Of a stretch of DNA of 64,000 nt, positions 59,940-64,000 are shown in pieces (position 1 is the stretch's first letter; every line of letters begins with the position of its first letter). Both the position numbers and the translations under genes were made by a program. The notes under the pieces were generated by a model that saw nothing but the letters and a program-made list of their open reading frames with translations, did not search any database and was not told the origin of the DNA. Source of the stretch: Longimicrobiales bacterium (lineage in GTDB: Bacteria; Gemmatimonadota; Gemmatimonadetes; Longimicrobiales; Gaopeijiaceae); assembly GCA_965226375.1 (NCBI GenBank), contig CBDDCX010000008.1, positions 1,152,001 to 1,216,000 on the forward strand. The letters run 5' to 3'.

Positions 59940-60656
59940 ATGATGCGACTGTTTACGTTCGGTGGACTCACGGTCCAGAAGGATTCCGGCGGTGACTCGG
60001 CGATCGGGCTCGCACACGTCAAGCGGAACGCGCTCCTCGCGGATCTCGCCGTCGAGCGGGCGGGCGGCCCACACTCGCGCGATACGCTGCTCGCGCTCTT
60101 CTGGCCCGAGTCGGACGAGCGGCACGCACGTGACGCCCTGAAACAGCTCCTTCAATCGTTGCGACGCGATCTCGGGGACGGCGTCTTTGCGACCGGCAAC
60201 GGCAACAGTGTCGTTCTCGACCGAGACGTGTTCTGGTGCGACGCCGTGGATTTCGAGCGGCTATTGGACGAAGGGCAGGAGGAACATGCGCTTGCACTGT
60301 ACCGGGGCGCGCTGCTGGAGGGGTTTCATCTTTCCGGGTGTCTCGCGTTTGAACGCTGGCTGGAGGATGAGCGGCGACGGTTGGAACGGCGGGCTGCCGC
60401 GGCCACCTGGTTACTGGCTGAGCAAGCCCTGGCTGAGGGACGGACGGTGCAGGCAGCGGATTGGGGCCGACGATCCCTGACGATGTCCCCCGACGACGAA
60501 AGCGTGTTGCAGCGCGTCATCGAGTTGCTGGACCGCTTGGGCGATCGGGCCGGGGCGATCCGGGAGTACGAGGGGTTCGCGAAGCGTCTGCAAGAAGACT
60601 ATGACGCTACACCGGCACCCGAGACGACGGAACTGATCGCGGCGGTACGCTCCCGA
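59940..60656 (+). pseudogene. SARP/BTAD regulator, N-terminal part truncated by IS256
   Basis: SRDTLLALFWPE, CDAVDFE, ALYRGALLEGF, FERWL, P.PET. Confidence 0.85.
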
Positions 60657-62052
60657 GGGTAGTGTCGCGATATTTGTGTAAAAGGGGGTGAGGGGTCCGG
60701 GGAGGGTGGACAGCCCGGGAAAAAGAGAGGAAGCTCCTTGTGAATGTTCATCATGACACGAACCCGGGGAGTCCGGGCCTGCGCCAGCAGGTCCGGAACC
60801 GGAAAGGAGCTTCCTCATGGAAAAGATGGTTGAAGTTGAGCGGGCCACGCAAGAAGAGTTACGGCAGGATTTGAAGTCGTTGTTTCAGGGCGCGATTCGT
60901 GTTACGCTCGAGATGGTGCTGGAGGAGGAGTTGAAAGCGATGGTCGGAGCGCGTCGTTTCGAGCGGGTCGGCAGCCGGAAGGACCACAGGAACGGCACGT
61001 ACCTCAGGCGCCTGCTCACGAGCTTGGGTCAGATCGACGTGATGGTGCCGCGCAGCCGGGAAGGCGGCTCGCCCGCCGACGTGATGGGCCGCTACCGGCG
61101 CAGGAGTGAAGAAGTGGACGAGATGATGGTGGAGGCCTACGTGAGCGGTGTGTCGCAGCGCAAGATGGGCGACGTGACTGAAGCACTGCTGGGTGAGCGC
61201 GTGGGACGCTCGACGGTAAGCCGGGTCGCGAAGCGGCTCGATGGGGCTGTAGAAGCGCTGCGGAGCGCACCCATCGAGGGGCCTCACCCCTATCTGTATC
61301 TGGACGCGACGTTCCTCGATGCGCGCTGGGCCAGGAAGGTCGAGAACGTGAGCGCGCTCGTGGCCTACGCGGTGGATCCGGACGGTCACCGCCGGCTCCT
61401 GGCCATCACGCTAGGCCCTGAGGAGTCAGAGGACAGTTGGTCGGAGCTCCTCGAGCAGCTCCTGGAGCGAGGTCTCAGCGGCGTCGAACTGGTGATCGCC
61501 GACAAGCACGCGGGCCTGGCAGCTGCGGTGCGCCGCTTCCTGCCTGAGGTGCGCCGTCAGCGCTGCACCGTGCACCTGCAACGCAACGTGCTGGCCAAGG
61601 TCCCGCATCGCCTGCGCAAGCGTGTGGCGCGCGAGGTTGCCGCCGTCTTCCGGGCCCCCGGGCTCGCTGAGGCGAAGAAGCGCCTGGCCGAGATCACGAC
61701 GCGCTGGCAAGAGGAGCTCCCCGAGGCAATGAAGGTGCTCGAGCGGGGCTTCACGGCCGCCACCCAGTTCTACGCGTTCCCCGAGCCCCACTGGGCCAGG
61801 CTACGCACCACGAACAGCCTCGAGCGCCTGCACACCGAGATCAAGCGTCGGATCCGGAGCGCCGGCGCCTTCCCCGACCGAGCCAGTGCGCTCCGCCTCA
61901 TCACCGCGGTTGCTCTGAAGACTACTGCGGTCTGGAGCGAACGCCGCTACCTCGATCTCACGCTTCTCGAACCCAAGGAGGTCGCCAAGGCAGCCTAACC
62001 GAAGCATCGAGGAGCTTCCTCTCACTTTTACACACAACTCGGGACTTGACCC
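60657..62052 (+). mobile_element. IS256-family element
   Basis: IRs GGGTAGTGTCGCGATATTTGTGTAAAAG / GGGTCAAGTCCCGAGTTGTGTGTAAAAG; no target duplication. Confidence 0.9.
60817..61998 (+). CDS. IS256-family transposase
   Basis: RNG, VPR.R, YLYLDA, VIAD, QRCTVH, RTTNSLERL..EIKRR, FP. Confidence 0.95.
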   Translation: MEKMVEVERATQEELRQDLKSLFQGAIRVTLEMVLEEELKAMVGARRFERVGSRKDHRNGTYLRRLLTSLGQIDVMVPRSREGGSPADVMGRYRRRSEEVDEMMVEAYVSGVSQRKMGDVTEALLGERVGRSTVSRVAKRLDGAVEALRSAPIEGPHPYLYLDATFLDARWARKVENVSALVAYAVDPDGHRRLLAITLGPEESEDSWSELLEQLLERGLSGVELVIADKHAGLAAAVRRFLPEVRRQRCTVHLQRNVLAKVPHRLRKRVAREVAAVFRAPGLAEAKKRLAEITTRWQEELPEAMKVLERGFTAATQFYAFPEPHWARLRTTNSLERLHTEIKRRIRSAGAFPDRASALRLITAVALKTTAVWSERRYLDLTLLEPKEVAKAA

Positions 62053-62403
62053 TTGGAGGGACTACTGGAAGACGGCCGGAGCAGGGATGCACATCGGGCG
62101 CGGGCGGCACTCGGGGTCGTGGCTGCACGGCAGGGTAATCGAGAGGACGCATTGAGGATATCTCGGTCACTCGACCAGGGAGATCGTTCTCTGAATCACT
62201 CCGGGGGCGCTGGCGTTGAAAGGGCATATGAGCGCGCGTGGATCGCCGCCACTCTGGGCGAGCGAGCGGAAGCGTTGCAACTGCTACATGAGTGGAGCCC
62301 CAAGGGCCGCCTGTTCCGACTGTTCTCTGCGCATGCTGACTCCCGCCTTGAGCCGCTGTGGGACTACCCACCGTTCCAGGAGTTGATGCGGCCTAAAGGG
62401 TAG
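62053..62403 (+). pseudogene. C-terminal TPR fragment, probably of the BTAD gene
   Basis: RAWIAATLGER..AL, LEPLWDYPPFQELMRPKG. Confidence 0.7.
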
Positions 62404-62873
62404 GGCCCGCACACTTCAATCACCGGGGCGGTCTGTCGCTCAATTAGCGCCTTCGCGTAAGGAGCGCCGGGGAGGCTAGGCCGGAGAGTCCGACCTCGCC
62501 CCTGCTCTATGAATGGGCGGTCGGAGGTGAGGAAGGTCCTAACCACGCCCACCCGACAACATGGTGTACATGTAGCTGTGCATGTTCAGCTCTACGACGC
62601 GGCTCCATAACCCGACCCACTAGCATCGCTGGTGCCTTCGGCTCGAGGCCCGACTGATGGAAGGTCTGTCCCCCGCGTTCGAAGGGCGATGGCGGACATA
62701 CGCCACCGGTCCTTCGAGTTGTTGATCCGAGCGGGCGTGCGCCCGCGCTCGACCCGCCCCCACCGCTGACGGCTCGGCGACAGTCCCTCTTTTTTTTGCT
62801 GTCTCCCCGTTTCGCAGGATGGTACTTTTCTTAAGTAGATTATCCATCCTGGCCCAGGGGCTGACCTCGAAAA

Positions 62874-63537
62874 ATGTGGTTTCCAATCAAGAGGCTCAGA
62901 ACGGTCGCCGCCGCCGCGGTTCTCGTGTCGGCCGGGCTCACGGGCTGCTCTGACACGCGGAAGCTCGACGAGGCGGTCTTCTACGAGGGTCCCGTGTTCA
63001 CGCTCAAAGTGGTGAGGTTCTACCGGAACCTCTTTCTCAGCTACAACGGTGAGACCTTCTCGGTCCAATGCGCATCGGAGAACACGGCGGGGTACGGCGC
63101 GAGCAAATTCACCGAGCCCGGCTGGTACGAGTTGGGCAGCGGCGGCGCCATCGGCACCAAGAACGCCGATGACGTGATCAAGCAGGTCGAAAGTCAGTAT
63201 ATCATCATAAACGACAGCACTCTGGCCATCCCCGGCGTGGTGTTTCGTGTCAGCTTCTCCGGCTGCACCCGGTTCAAGACCTGGAATCCGACGACCCTGC
63301 CCCCCGAGATGATCGATCCTGTCGAGAAACCGGCCCACTGTGCGCCGCAAGGGACCGGCGACTGCCGTTACTACGATTATCACGGGGACCGCGAGCCCGT
63401 GTACGAGGATATTCGGGTCCACCCCGAGGGCCGTGTCTCGGTCATCGTGAGGACCAAGACGTCAAGGACGTCGCGGGTCTCACGGTCTCGAGCGAGGATG
63501 CAGGGGAGACCTGGAAGGTCGACCCCAACGGGCCATA
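62874..63537 (+). pseudogene. Cys-containing lipoprotein, 1-nt frameshift near 63462
   Basis: Lipobox LTGC; C-terminus resumes in another frame as KDVAGLTVSSEDAGETWKVD..*. Confidence 0.6.
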
Positions 63538-63587
63538 GGACAGGACTCCACCGACCGTACGACCGGCTCCTTGCTTGCGCCTCCTGT

Positions 63588-63629
63588 GCCGCCCTCGCCT
63601 AGCTCACGCTCGATGGCGTAGCGGCCTTC
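63588..63629 (-). pseudogene. Internal kinase fragment EGRYAIERELGEGG
   Basis: 14 codons with the same translation as the N-terminal region of the kinase at 53845. Confidence 0.8.
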
Positions 63630-63956
63630 TCAACCCCCACGCCCTCGGCTCGGAGGACGCGTTCCTCGAGGCGAAGGAGGTGGCGGAGGCGGAGGCTTAG
63701 CCTCTCCCCCCACCATGTCACGGCGGCGTGTGGGGGCGGTTGCTCTTTGTGGCTCCATCGTCCTCGAGGACGGCGCGTCTGCTTCTGCTATCCGATCGGC
63801 GACCGGGTCTAAACGCTCCTCAAGAGCGGTGACTTCCTCGAGGAGCCGCTCCCCCCGTCTCCGAACGCCGCGAGGAACTGAGCCCTTAGCCTCGCAGGCG
63901 CTCCGCTCAGCGATGTACGCCGTGAGTCGCGCCCTGAGGGCGCTCCGCTCGGCCAT
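63630..63956 (-). CDS. Hypothetical protein (may start beyond the window)
   Basis: Coiled coil followed by a Pro-rich tail. Confidence 0.4.
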   Translation of the reverse strand: MAERSALRARLTAYIAERSACEAKGSVPRGVRRRGERLLEEVTALEERLDPVADRIAEADAPSSRTMEPQRATAPTRRRDMVGGEAKPPPPPPPSPRGTRPPSRGRGG

Positions 63957-64000
63957 GTGCGACGAGCTCTCGTCCAGGGCCTTCTGGGCACGATCCCAAA

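Overview
A high-GC bacterial chromosomal window. It is probably Gemmatimonadota, an inference from the MSDSVTRLNAALEGRY-type Ser/Thr kinase, BTAD-TPR and TolB-TPR families. It has three zones. (1) 1-5.5 kb is a lower-GC accessory island with two IS elements, a frameshifted DUF4238-like gene and an HTH replication-like gene; it ends at a dif-like XerC/D site. (2) 5.6-42 kb holds mostly intact housekeeping, metabolic and secreted-protein genes, including a complete quinohemoprotein amine dehydrogenase cluster (qhpGADCBFE). (3) 42-64 kb is a decayed mosaic of nested IS elements (IS3-like, IS21, IS1595, IS256), kinase and TPR fragments, tRNA-Arg(CCT), and integrase and HNH remnants. The most unusual observation is an IS3-like element present twice whose true ends lie 7 nt outside its TG..CA inverted repeats. 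This is supported by 3-bp target duplications at both copies and by restoration of an interrupted ORF. Other notable signals are a 49-nt transposase patch fused in frame into an unrelated gene, kinase N-terminal fragments sharing one 12-nt core, degenerate attC-like hairpins, and a QhpC with Ala at the Asp12 position. Several single-base frameshifts sit in short homopolymers and may be assembly errors. All calls come from reading the sequence; no database searches were run.
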